Shown: in pieces, positions 18,667 to 31,400 of the stretch
How the letters are laid out: every line of letters begins with the position of its first letter
How positions within the stretch are numbered: position 1 is the stretch's first letter
NCBI GenBank assembly: GCA_951406725.2
Contig: OX597824.1
Coordinates: forward strand, 42,160,001-42,224,000
Source: Octopus vulgaris
Taxonomy: Eukaryota
Direction of reading: 5' to 3'
DNA length: 64,000 bases
The notes under the pieces: model-generated
The model's input: the letters and a program-made list of their open reading frames with translations, nothing else
Databases searched by the model: none
What the model was told of the DNA's origin: nothing
Translations under genes and position numbers: made by a program

Positions 18667-19384
18667 TTAGCAGTTTATGCAAATGTATAGAATGCCTTGA
18701 ATATCACAAGTTTAATATTTTACTTCCCACAGAAGTAAAAAAGGAAATAACAACACCTCTGCATGCTCTGTTTCTTTCTCTCTCCTAATCTCTCCCTCTC
18801 CATCTCGCTCTTTCTTTCTCAGACCCCCCCCTCTTCCTTTCTTTGATGAAGGGCTACTTTTAACTGTAAATCAACCTCATGAACACTCCTAAGAACTTGC
18901 CTCTGGATTAATATGTGCCAACGCCGATCTACATCATTTTAACTTACATTCCACGTGTTTACTAGGAAATCTCTACGTTGTAATTCGACCGAAATCACAC
19001 CTTATTTTACTGAGCCCGAAAGGATTAAAAGCCAAGTGGACTTCGGCAGGGCTTGAACTCACAATGTAAAGCGTCGAAAGAAATACCGCAAGGCATTTTT
19101 GTTTTCGACACTCTAACGATTCTGCCAGCCCTTCACCCTGCTATGGCTGCAAGAGATTTTACATACATACAGATACGATGCTTTAGAGGGAAATGCTTAA
19201 ATATGTGGGGGGAAAAATAGACAAAGTTATACAAAGCCGTAAGGTGTAATGACGTCAGGCACTGAACATATTAAAATATTAACATAGACACGCAGAATAA
19301 ATAAGAGATTATATAAAACACCATAATTAAAAATTTTAAACACAAACTGGATAAACCACATACACTCACACATACAGTTACTAA

Positions 19385-19660
19385 ACTGGAAGCATTGTCC
19401 TCGCTGCTGTTCTCGTCCAACACCTTATCTGAATTCAAGAATATCGTTCATATTTCGTGTTCTAATCATTCCGTAGACAACACTATCATTCCACTCCATC
19501 ACGTTTGATCGACAGTTGTGTACATTTCGTAATTGTCAATGATGGGTGTGAGTGCATGCATTTTCGAAATCTTGGTCTCGGTAATGGCTACCGCATCTAA
19601 AACTGGTAAAATGAAATCGATAAAGATGTGAATTCGAAGACAACCCCAGGCTGTATCTAT
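19385..19660 (-). pseudogene. L1/Tx1-like APE endonuclease fragment
   Basis: LDAVAITETKIS matches APE motif II (DxxxxxET), followed by GWSGMIVL...TIFLNSDKVLD; multiple stops. Confidence 0.6.
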
Positions 19661-20699
19661 TTTCGCAACCGACAGTAATTTTTGAAACATAAAAGAAAGT
19701 GGACTTAATTTAAGCTTATATCCAGAGCAATAAAGAAAACTACCTTCCAGGACACCCAAACTGACCTTTTCAACATTGCATAGGCTTTATAACTTTATTT
19801 CTAAGCATTTGTAACGTCTGTTGATTACCTGTTGAATTTGTCAAATCCTCTCCATTTACTGTTTATATTTTTATGTTTTGTTTCGTGTACTCAATCGATT
19901 ATATGCTCGATTTTCCTCAAATTTGTCAATTTGCTTTTGCTGTTGGTTTGTGTGTATTTTTGTTGTTGATATGGTTGTAGTAGTTGTTACCTGTTGCATT
20001 TACACTAGTTATTGTGATTTTTCTAGTTCTTTTTTTTAAATGATCTGTTTGAGCCATAGTCATGATTGTGAGTTTGTCTGATTTTGTCATTTACGTTGTT
20101 GGTGATGTTGTGGTGGTAGTAGTGTTTGTACAGCGTGGTGCGAGGGATAAACTCTATGCTACTCCATTCGTGAAAAAACCTCTGACAGTGTCGTCAACAC
20201 GTTGGTCAGAGGTCCACTACATTTTGAGTTGAAGTATAACTAGACTTTAGCTTGCCAAACCTATAGGCAAATACAGAATTATTTCCATGCATGTAGAGTT
20301 TGACTCGAACAGGCATTGAAATTACAGCAGCAATGAAAGTCATTGTTTACTGGAAATTGTTCATAGTCTTCCGGAGTAAATTTTTTTCTCGCTATTCCTC
20401 TAAACAGCGCAACAGGTTGGAAGTTCCAGCAACTGCATTGCTTAACAAATACAGATCTGGGAGCGTCTGCGTAAATTTCAAGAACCAGTCTTGGTCATCA
20501 CATAACCTAGGATTGCAGCTCCATTAAAGACACATTAAGACAAGTTGTGAGAAAAATTCCTGAGAAGGACAACCCCATTTGATTGCTGTCCGGTAATCTC
20601 AAAACAAGCCGCAAGCTCAGTTAATATCTGTACATCACCGGCCAAATCTTTTTGTGTAACTGTTTGTAACATTATATTTGTTTATCTTTTATGAAACTC

Positions 20700-21660
20700 G
20701 TTTCCACGTATTCAAAAATCTTTTCTTTCTTGGCTTGATGCGTGTGTGTGGAGAGCACACAGCACTAGCTGCTTTCTTATTATCAACTCTTATTTTAATT
20801 ATAATGTCCGTAATGTTGCGCAGGGGTCACGATAAAGCAAGGATCGAAATTTATGACTTCTCAGCTCAGGACCCTATTTTTCTGAAACCCATATACCATA
20901 GTACCTGCCTGTGGACTGGTGCTTGTTAGAGCAGTTATACATCTATCTTCCCTGTCTTCAAAGATAGATGTAGGACTGCTCTAACAAACGTCTTGGATGA
21001 TGGTGTACGCATTCTACGTCAGTCAGGGACTTCAACATTATCTTCGAGGGCATACAGAATATCTTCCCGTCGTTTTTATAACAAGAGTGCACGTCATCTT
21101 CCTCTTTGCCTCTGCTGTGAGCAAATGCGGTCGTCCTTCTCAGAAATTTTTCTCACATACCTTCGTGTTTCATAGAACATTTGTAGGGCAAGGTGGTACT
21201 CTCTTTTGTGACACATCTCGTTCATTCCATCGCTTTTTCTGAAGTCGGTTAAACTCGACCTATTATATTTGTCCCTAGTCTTAGCGAAACGATTATGGGA
21301 TCTTACTGGTGTTGTCACTGCCTTTTTCCTGTATTTCCCTTTAGTTACTGTTTTCATCAATGTTATATCTGTCTTCTGCTGTACAACTTCTCTCAGTGGA
21401 TTTGTAAATTTCCTTTTGAAGGTTATTTGGGAGCGTGTTTGTTTATCTTCATGTTATCACTTCTATGGCACATTTAAAATGACTACAGGGAAAGCATTTT
21501 TTTTTACCACACCTAAGGGGATAGTCGTTCAAAAGTTTCAAGACCTTTAGTGGTAAAACAAGAGCAAAATTACAAAAAAAATAAATCAAAAAACGAACAA
21601 ACAATACACAACGAGTTTTGCAGGAAAATCTTGCAAGAAAATATCTTTTACTCTGTGTTA
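20700..21660 (-). mobile_element. possible degenerate LINE ORF1/5' region
   Basis: Lies upstream of the APE fragment on the same strand, with a T-rich leader and a degenerate knuckle-like segment (QMFYETRRYVRKISEK). Weak support. Confidence 0.35.
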
Positions 21661-21844
21661 TGAGAAACATGACATTTCACAGTGAACGACTTTAACAACA
21701 CCAACAACAACGACCAACGACGATGTCGATGATGAGGACAACAAAAACCGCAGCAGCAGCAATAACAGCAGTCACCCCATCACCACCAGCAACAACGACA
21801 ACAACAACAACAACGACAACAACAACAACAATAATAATAATAAC

Positions 21845-21909
<65 letters not shown>

Positions 21910-22929
21910 TAATAATAATAATATCCAGTTCATTTATTAAGAAATGCAATGTCACACTTGCCCGCGTGCACACACAGCGTACACGCACGCACAAGCGCAC
22001 AGACAAAATACACACACACACACACTCACATATGCGCACAGAAGTACTTACTCATACACACGTACACACACAGTCAGAGATTTTATAGCGTGTAGGATAT
22101 GGTTTTAAAAGCGTTTCGAATCTCTTCAGACAATAACAATTATCTAGCAGACAACCTGATTATGCCAGAGTGGGCGTGAACTACAGGGATTATTTTGACT
22201 ACAGCGTATTTAGTAAAGAATAATATGGACATAAAGATAATATGTGATCTGTGTAATCAACTTAGCTAGGACAATATTTTTCTGGAAATTTTATAGAATT
22301 TCACATGACGTATTCAGAACGGAAATTGTGCAAAGACCGGATTATAAGAATTGGCTGTTAGATACGGACGGGAATCAGTAATAGGTGGTAAGTAGGAAAA
22401 TAAAGATAAATTAGGCAGGTTTTTCTTTGCTTTTTTTTATTATTATTAAATTCAGTTGTAAGATTGTGGCAAAGAATAGTGTTTGGAAAGCTAAGCGTCT
22501 CAAGAGGTTCCAATATGGACCAGAATACAAAGCAGTGTCCATGTGGTGCATGAAGTACTAGTGGAATTACACGCTGTTAACTGGAACAAATATTACACAC
22601 GCACTAGTAATTCGAGGTCTTGAAAAAGGAATTTCAATACCATGTCTTCTGATATTTTTGGGGTGGGCTGCAGTTGTAATTAGATTGTTCGGTGTTTAGT
22701 TCAATTCGGATGTCTAATTGGATTAAACCAGAAGGAATTGATGAATAGTGGCGAATCGGTGACGGCAGTGAGGGTGAAGGTGAATTTCCCTCATAAGTCA
22801 TCCTCAAGGAAGTCTACGGCTAAAATAGCCGAGTGACTACGCTAACTTCGCTTCAGTGGTGCAAAATCTTTTGACCCAGATAATACATGGTCAATCTGAA
22901 GCGTTTATTTTCGTGATCTTGTTAAATAA

Positions 22930-25268
22930 AACTGGAAAAAAAATTATTGTTTGCTACTCAGTCAAATGGTGCTGTACTAAACTAAATGGAGTACGCTGAT
23001 TCCGAATCTAAACTCAGAATTGCTGTAGCACGTCAGGTTTTTTAGTTATGCGCATGATTATATATTAATACTATATTAGTATCCGGAATAGTTAAGTTCA
23101 AGGTAAATAATTATCATAATAGAATAGTTGTACTGTATATAGTATATTCATGTTCGAGACAAAGAGTATTATAATATAATGGTTCATAGTATATTTATGT
23201 TAAGGAATACTCTAATTTTGATATGCTCAACTCAGAAATGTTTGAGACACTTGCTCTTGCGCTTATGCGTCGTGCTGGTCTCCCGTTGTAGTCACCCATC
23301 ATGTGTGGATTGAACCGGCCTTGATACATCGTTTCCATTTCAGATATATCCCGGTAGAACCTCTCACCATGCTTATCACTAACAGCACCAAGATGCGCTG
23401 GAAGAAAAATCGAGATGGGAATGCGAGAAGTGTATTTTAAAGGACATTCAACATCTCATTCTTTCATACGCTGTTAGCATGTTATTTATTAAATCAGAAG
23501 AGTTTTCAGCTCTATGATTTCTAAGAAAATTTTGTACAACTGACATGAATGAATCTCATGCCGCCAGCTCAATAGGATTCAGTTTACCTCTGAATTTGCT
23601 ATTAGACATCAATTCTCTGATCTCGGGTCCAATGAAAATGCCTCCTTTCAGTTTTGCGTTACTTTTCTCTGCACCAAATTTTACTTTTAGGTACTGGAAG
23701 CCACAACCATCGTGTGTCATTGCTTTTACGAAGTTTTTCATGAGGCCGAATTTGATGTGAAGGGGTGAAAGGGAGCTTTTTGCGGGTCTACCAGTGGCAT
23801 ATGCTACACATTGTATCGACCAACTATGCGCTCATCTATTTTAGGCCAGTCTTTTATAGTGTCATGATTGCTGTCATCATGGCTGTTCCAAACACACAAG
23901 AAGCACATATTTTTGGCAATCCTAGGAGGAGGGAAATCACCTTTAAATCATCACAAATATTCCCATTATGAACTGAGTAATTAACTCCTAACTCCTTTCA
24001 GAATCAGTTCCGTTGATTCATAAGTTTCTACCATACTGACATGACCCACAGGAATGGAAGGTTTTCCATTACCATTATGTAACAACACAGCTTTGAGGCT
24101 AATCTTACTCGAGTCTATAAACAATCGCCATTCATTAGCCACATGCATCTGTCTTAGATTTTGCATGTGTGCATTAACGTCAGTACGAAAACATGCATTA
24201 TTTTCTTGCTTGAAAAAGATAGATAAGCCTTCATGGCGAGAACAGAAAATGAACATTTTCGTACCTTGCTGTAGGAGATTCCGTTGTTATAATCTGGATC
24301 TCAAAACTTCTGCCTTCTTCCTTGACAATACTACGTCTCTTACCAAATCGTTCAAATCTTGACTAAACAAGCATGATTCATTTTTCTTAGACTCAACTAC
24401 AGACTCTTCGTTGACAGGAAAATCAGGGAGTTCATCGTACATGTCAAGCTCTTCAAGTGAACCATGTGAGAGGGGAACTGGGACGGGGTTCTCGAAGTCA
24501 TGCGGGACCGGTTTGAAAGCCGACTTACAAACTGCATACACGATTTTTGCTGTAGTTTTCTTTGAGAAACCACTAATATTAGTTATGTAAAAGTAACAAT
24601 AAAAATCATGATTCGTTGGCTCACGCCATACCATTGGTACAGCAAAGGGCATTCCCCTCCGTTTTCCATTCAGCCACTGTATAAGCCCTGAGTAACACAC
24701 AGTGCAGCATAAATGAGGTACTCATCTCCTGTCTAAGTCCCCAACTTTAAACCCGAAATAATACTTATAGGCAGTTTTTAATTTGGTGGTCATGTTCTTC
24801 CTCTGGTCACGCTGAGTAAATTTTCCACAGACAACAAAAGTTGTCTGGGTGATTCACACAGCCTCTCCTATTCATGATTTAACACAATGAACATAGTTAA
24901 AACAGTAATCACGCAGAGTGAGAGATACAAATACCACACGTACGTGACGGCAACGCGAACGACACTGAGACACCAAGAACAAACTGACGTATTTGGCGCT
25001 TACACACAATACGTCAGCGCCATCTCTTGCTAAACTAAACAATGAACTTTCTCATCGTTTGTTGTATTGCTGTTATTTCTTTAATTTTGAATTAAGACCG
25101 CTTTCATTTTAGCAAATTTTATAGTACCACCTATATTCTTCTCCATTCTCATAACTCAAAATCCTGACGTGCTGGAACAATTCTGGGTGCGGATTCGGAA
25201 TCAGCATTCCACTATTTAGTCTAAAACACTTATTTTTACCTCAGTAGTAAAATCTTCGTTGTCCAGTG
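22930..25268 (-). mobile_element. Chapaev3 (CMC-Chapaev) DNA transposon, apparently full length but inactivated
   Basis: Imperfect ~120 bp TIRs ((A)ACTGG...GCTGATTCCGAATC...AGCACGTCAGG / CCTGACGTGCT...GATTCGGAATCAGC...GTCCAGTG); 3-bp flanks TAA and CAA. Confidence 0.85.
23232..24875 (-). pseudogene. Chapaev3 transposase pseudogene
   Basis: Motifs across frameshifts: MNRRGCVNHPDNFC.CG, MPFAVPMVWREPTNHDFYCYF, WRLFIDSSKISLKAVLLHNGN, HIKFGLMKNFVKAM, GAVSDKHGERFYRDISEMETMYQGRFNPHMMGDY, ending HKRKSKCLKHF*. Confidence 0.88.
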
Positions 25269-25443
25269 CAATTAAGACGACCATCAATATCTTACAGTAT
25301 CATTCATATCCGTCGAGTGATTAGAGTTGTTTTTAGAAAAGCTATTTTGTCAAAAATTATGTTCCCAAGTAGAGAAATTGGTGCAGATATAATATATGAC
25401 ACACACACACACACAAACACTCAATATATTTCGATAGCCCGAA

Positions 25444-25532
25444 AATTTTAACCAGAAGTTGGGGATCTTATCGTGCCCGGGTACCTTCCAGTTGCTTAGC
25501 TTTTGCAGTACCTGGGTGACCTCTTCAGTTGG

Positions 25533-25533
<1 letters not shown>
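25444..25533 (-). pseudogene. tiny R4/Dong RT domain-0 fragment
   Basis: Minus-strand translation PTEEVTQVLQKLSNWKVPGHDKIPNFWLKF matches the domain-0 pattern NWKxPGxDxIxNFWLK; it abuts (TTA)n. Confidence 0.75.
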
Positions 25534-25623
<90 letters not shown>

Positions 25624-25661
25624 CATTATTATTATTATTATTATTATCATTATTATTATTC

Positions 25662-27400
25662 AGTAGTTTTATTTTTATTTTTATAGCGTGCTTTCACTTC
25701 ACTACCGAGCGCAGCTCTGTGTGCCTTGGGTATGTGCTGTGATTCGTTGTGATGCTCTGATGGTTATTGTATGGAAAGTGTTCTGCGTAGGATGTGTGCA
25801 GTGCCTAGTAGTGCAATTTTCTGTATGTTATATGTGTTTGTAAGTCCTGGTGTTTTTGTTATGTATTTGTCTGAATATTTTTTTATCATACCTAATGCAC
25901 CTACTATGATAGGAATTGTTTCTGTTTTCAGATTCCATATTCTAGTTACCTCTATTTCCAGGTCTTTGTATTTTGAGAGTTTCTCCATTTCTTTTAGAGA
26001 CACGTTGTCATCTGCCGGTACTGATACATCAATTAGAAAGCATTTTTTTTCTTCATGGTCTCTGACAACTATATCTGGTCTGTTGGCCTTAATTTCTCTA
26101 TCTGTGTGTATCGGCATATCCCAGAGTATGGTTGCTTTCTCGTTTTCTGTGACCTTTTCTGGTGTGTGCCTATACCATCTTTTTTCTGTTGTTATTCCAT
26201 AATGTTGGCATAGCTTCCAATGTATGTAGGTTCCAACTCTGTCATGTCTGTGAATATATTCCTTCTTAGCCAGGACTGGGCAGCTAGAGATAATATGATT
26301 TATTGTTTCTTGTCCATCTCCACATATTCTGCAGTTACTTGTAATATTTGTTTTCATTACATGTTTTTGGTAATTTCTGGTGGGGAGGCTTTGGTCTTGT
26401 GCTGCAATTAAAAATCCCTCTGTTTCTGCTTTGAGTCCTGAGCTTCTCAACCATTGCTGGGATTTTTCTTTGTCTATTTCTTTTGCGTTTAGTTTAGTCC
26501 AGTATTTACCATGAAGGGGCTTTTCTTGCCATCGTTTTATCATGGTTCGTTGCTGTTCTATTTTTAGTTTGGATTTCATTTTTTTATAGCTTTTGTTGTT
26601 TCTTCATCTTCTTCTTCTTCTTCATGTTTATTAGGTGGTATGATTTCTTGTTTGTATTTGTCAGCTTCCTTAAATACTGAGAACAGTTTTTTGTTTTGCT
26701 CGTGTTTTGCCGCTATCTGGATCAGTTTTCCTTCCTTCTGAAGTAGATATTTTTGCAGTCCTATGGTGGTTATTTTATAGTAGTTTTCCAGCTGTATAAG
26801 GCCTCTACCACCTTCTATACGTTGTATATATAGTCTTTCTATGTCAGATTTTGGGTGATGCATCCTAGATCCTGTCATTATTTTTCTTGTTTTCCTATCT
26901 ATTTTGGTCAGTTCATTTCGTGTCCAGTTAAGGATATTGTAGCTGTAACTTATAACTGGGACAGCTAAAGTGTTGATACCTATTATCTTGTTTTTAGCAT
27001 TGAGCTCTGTGTTTAGTATTGATCTAACTCGTCTATAATATTCTTTTTTTATTTTCTCTTTCATTTGTGTGTGTTGTGTCTTATCTAGTTCATGGATTCC
27101 TAAGTATTTGTAAGTTTGGCTTTGGTCTAATTCTTTTATTTCATTTGCTTCATCTAGTGTGATGTTGTTACTCTTAACTAGTTTTCCTCTTTTCATGGTT
27201 ACTTTGGCGCATTTTTCTAATCCAAATTTCATATCTATTTCTTTGGTAAATCCATGAACTGTCTTTAATAGTGTTTCCAGCTGTTTGTCATTTGCAGCGT
27301 ATAGTTTTAGGTCATCCATATATAAAAGGTGGCTGATCGTTTTGCCGTAACATTTATATCCGCATCCAGTTCTATTTAGCATATCAGATAGAGGTGACAG
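25662..27400 (-). mobile_element. R4/Dong-clade non-LTR retrotransposon, 5'-truncated, in (TAA)n
   Basis: RT motif HLLYMDDLKLY, CCHC knuckle CRICGDGQETINHIISSC, restriction-like endonuclease motifs RHD / RPDIVVRD...LIDVS / KLSKY, ~100 bp 3' UTR; (TTA)n at ~25536-25660 and 27401-27466. Confidence 0.95.
25764..27400 (-). pseudogene. RT C-terminal half plus REL endonuclease ORF with a single 1-bp frameshift at ~26580
   Basis: ORFs 26576..27547 and 25764..26579 would join if the A7 run in GCTATAAAAAAATGAAA had one more A. Confidence 0.9.
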
Positions 27401-27467
<67 letters not shown>

Positions 27468-28049
27468 CATCGCTTAGTCTGACGAGTGAGCAAAGTGCTA
27501 CTGGAAGGCTGCAAACATTTGTTTGAAACCGTGCAAAACGCACCCATCGTGATCCGTCAGAGACTGAATTATGGCCACGTCGGACCTCTGAATTCTTGCA
27601 ACGTCGGACTTCTACAATCCAAGCCCATTGAACGGGTTTCGTTCCTTCTTTCTTTTTAGCCCACGCTCTCTTGGTCTGATAACGTAGCCTTTGTGTTTTG
27701 CATTCAAGAAATAGTCGAGGATAATTCTTGCTGCCGACATCTTGGTTGCGTTGTTATTTAATTGCTTCTTCTAGTTTACAAACTAGTTTCTTCTCTAATC
27801 TATTTCTCTCTGTCGATAGTTATTTACCAAACGCTATTGACTCATGTTTAATTGTCCTCTTCAGGGCACCCCTCCAAGTGTTGTTTATACCGCTTGACTA
27901 GCTCGCTAATCCAGTCTCTGTACTCTTTTTTCTTCAAGAAAAATGCGTTCAACTTCCGACAGTCGATCCCTATCAATGAGTCCTCTCTACAGCGACTGTG
28001 AAGATCACAAATTTGTGATCTGTGTAACCGACCGGCTTAAATTACGGAC

Positions 28050-28620
28050 TAACTAAACCATCTTTCTCACCGAACGTAAGGAATGCTCTAAGTACGATCT
28101 GGGAAGCCCATCCTGGTTGCTTCAAGTCGACATGTTTACATTCGAGACATCCAATCGATACATGTCACACAGTTGGAAACATCTGTTCATTTTTTCAAGG
28201 TTTTTGCACCCACTTCTATGGGTTAAAACTACACACTTCTATCGTGCGTCCAACATACGAGTATCAAAGAGTGAGATGTTCTAAGAGAGGTTTCTAGATG
28301 GCTGAAGAAATACGGTCATCTTGCTCCGGTGGGTACATAGACGGCCGTTAGTCAGAGGCACTGACTTTTCTATCATTCACATTCTGTACCACCGACTTAT
28401 GTGTCGGATTCAGGAAGGTCATCTCTACCTAATTCTTTCCAGAAGAGCAATATTATTCCACCACTCGATGTCTTCAGGCGACAAGATAGGTAAAAACAAA
28501 ATAATACCTTCATGCGCTGAGAGCATACGTCCCAGAAATTCTGGTTTCAGTAACGGTCGTCTCATTTAAATCAAATAAACTGAGATCATTGAGCATGAGG
28601 CCTTACTTCCTAGCTTACTT
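28050..28620 (-). pseudogene. degenerate L1/Tx1-like APE endonuclease
   Basis: Minus-strand pieces MLNDLSLFDLNETTVTETRIS and LTAVYVPTGAR*PYFFSHLETSLRTSHSLILV resemble APE motifs II and IV-V. Confidence 0.6.
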
Positions 28621-29195
28621 CGGGCCGCGTACATTAAAACATCTTCCTCAAAGCGACACTGTTTATTGGCGAAAATAGAGGTAGTTATTCACCTTCGGCA
28701 TTGCCAATGGTGGATGATCTGTGTCCTTTTTAAGAAGGGGGGGGGTCCCTTGAAAGGCCTTCGTAATAATGTTTTGCTTACCGATTTTCTAAAAGTCCCA
28801 ACGCTCCCTAGGAATTTGTCCGGGAGAGTGAAATGAATTTGACGTGACATATTTATTAGTTGTCTCTCTAAAGATGTTTTGGGATGAATTATTTTAAATT
28901 CTTCCCCTCTTGTTGTTATTTCATTATTGTAAGTATTTCCCGGTAGTCTATCAACCCATTGTTGTTTTACTTTATTATGGTGAAGTTGGCAGATTAGGGG
29001 CTCAGGCTTATCCAGCAGGGAACTGAAGACGCCTTGATGGACAACTTTTAATTTGTTCATTTAAACTTTTGGAAGTCACTTGTTTTTGAGGACAAAAGAC
29101 TTAACCAATGATGGAGGGATTCAAGAAACTACTACTACTATTACTACTACTACTACTACTACTACTACTACAGTGATAGTGCTAGTGCTATTGTT

Positions 29196-29262
<67 letters not shown>

Positions 29263-30670
29263 GCTTCCATATTACTACTAACAATTTCTGAAATTTTTGT
29301 CATCACCCTTCGACAAATTCCCTCACCAACACCCCTATCCTCCATTCACCCTATCCTAACTCTTTGTCCCCCTCCTCACCCCCTCCTGTCACACATCCTG
29401 CATACAACGCTCCAACCCCCCACCCACCTCCGTTATCACTTCTAATATTACCCACAATTCTCTCCGACTCCACTCCCCTCACATCGTACAAGAAAAGAAT
29501 CCTAAAAGAACAGAAAAAAAGTAACAACTGGGTAAAATTAAATTACAGACCTTCATAACTGAAGATAACTCAGCACAGCGGCATTCTCATTCTCTAATCA
29601 GCTTTGTTCACTACAACCCCACCATTTTCTTCTTCTTCTTCTTCTTCTTCTTCTTCTTCTTCTTCTTCTTCTTCTTCTTCTCCTCCTTCTTCTTCTTGTG
29701 CATAAATGGATAAATTCTATCTTTACTTTCTACTATTTCAATTTCTTCATACCACCACCACCACCACAACCACCACCGCCGCCGCCGCTGCCGGCGCTAC
29801 CGCCGCCGTCTCCGCTACCGCTACCGCCGTCTTCGCTACTGCCAATGCTTCTAATGTCACCATTAACACTTCCTACCATTGTCACTATGACAAAGTTAGT
29901 TTTGCTCTACACGGTAGCGTCCTATCCAAGAGATGATTTCGTTTTCTGTTATGTTACTCTTCTCCCCACCATAAGCTACTGCTCAGACTTAAGAAAATGT
30001 CGGAGAACCAAATGGAAAAGAACCAACGAATCTCAGTTCAACTATTATTTCGTTCTGGTTCTTACCATTGTTCTATCGGGCTTTAAGGTAGTGAGCTGTC
30101 AGATTCCTTAACTCACCGGACAAAATACTTGGCGGCATTTTTCCGACTTTACGTTCTGAGTTCAAATGCCACCGAGATCGACTTTGCCTTTCATGCTCTC
30201 GAGGCCGATAACATAAGTACCAGCCAGGAGTTCGGATCATTATAACTGACTATCCAGCTTTCCCAAAATTTCAGGTCAGCCTATATATATAGAAAGAATT
30301 ATCCGAAATTATTAATTTCTTTATTATTCTTTTATTCATCTCAGCCATGTAGTTGGAGCCATGCTGGAGCACCACCGAGTTTATTTCTAAGAAGTACATA
30401 ACAGCGATTAGCATATTTACATTCAAATCTACCGGAATGTATTAAGAATTTATATGCAAGTCGTAGTTTTATTTCTTTATTTTCTTGTTTAAGTTTTTTT
30501 TTGCAGTTTCCATACTTCGTTATTTTCTTTTGTATTTTATTTTCGTTATCTGTTTTATTTTCCAATCAGAACGTGCTGGTCATTCTTTCTTGTTATTTAG
30601 TTATCGTCTCTTAATTCCGATGGTATATTTTTTATTGTCTATTTTCATCCGTTTATAAATATGCGAGTGT

Positions 30671-31400
30671 ACAGATTGTTCGATCTAAACTTGACACCGT
30701 GCATAAAAGGAAAACAAAACAATATCCTATGCAAAAATCAAAATATTTTTTAAAAATCAAAACATGTCGATTAGATTATGGTTAGGAGGTAACAGTTTAC
30801 TCAAAGTAGCCGCCCTCAGCTTCCACCTCAGTCTCAAGAAGGCTCTGGAAACTCGCTTATGTGTTCCTCAGTGTGCCCCTGGGAAGATTATCCAGCACCT
30901 CCTTGGCTATTAGCTCGGCCTAATAGACAGGTTGGTGTCTTTCTCAGCCGAGCCCTACACATTGTAATCCATATGATTACAATTCCTGGGAATTAGGAGG
31001 CCAAAAATTGGGCCTGGTGTCGTCGTAGAAATTCTCCGACATCTGCTTCTGATTCTTTCTGGAGGCATATCAAGGAGCCAAATCCTGCTGTCACAAATAT
31101 GGCTTTCCAGCAGTAAGCCTCTTCAGTCACGGTTTGACCACAGTCTCCAGCAGCTTCACAAGGTCCTCTGAATTGAGATAAGACCCTGTTCAAGGGTGTA
31201 GGGCGGTATGTCCTAACCTTCACTTGTAAGATACCTAAGTTTTGTGGGTGGGGAACTCAGTCTCCATGACTTCCATGTCAAGTCATACGGTCTTTACAGT
31301 GTTAACAGAGCATTGAGCAGCAACCACGATGTCCGTATTTTGATACCCAGCGGAAATCCTCATGAAATAGGTAACAAATCTGCAATATTTAGATGCTTCC
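30671..31400 (-). mobile_element. degenerate IS630-Tc1-mariner element (DD37D/maT-like), internally deleted
   Basis: Minus-strand QQDLAP...SENFYDDTRPNFWPPNS...CNHMDYNV...LETEVEAEGGYFE*; HTH-like RISAGYQNTDIVVAAQCSVNTVKTV near 31270-31365. Confidence 0.7.

Noticed and set aside
27401-27547. N-terminal extension (MGAFC... plus poly-Asn) of the 323 aa ORF
   Set aside because: Chance read-through of the (TAA)n target in the AAT frame; element homology starts at LSPLS.
28581-28591. TGAGATCATTG, matching the 5' end of bantam miRNA
   Set aside because: Only 11 nt match, no hairpin, and it lies within a LINE endonuclease remnant.
28689-29060. 123 aa minus-strand ORF
   Set aside because: No recognisable motif; it lies upstream of the decayed APE fragment and is most likely LINE ORF1 debris.
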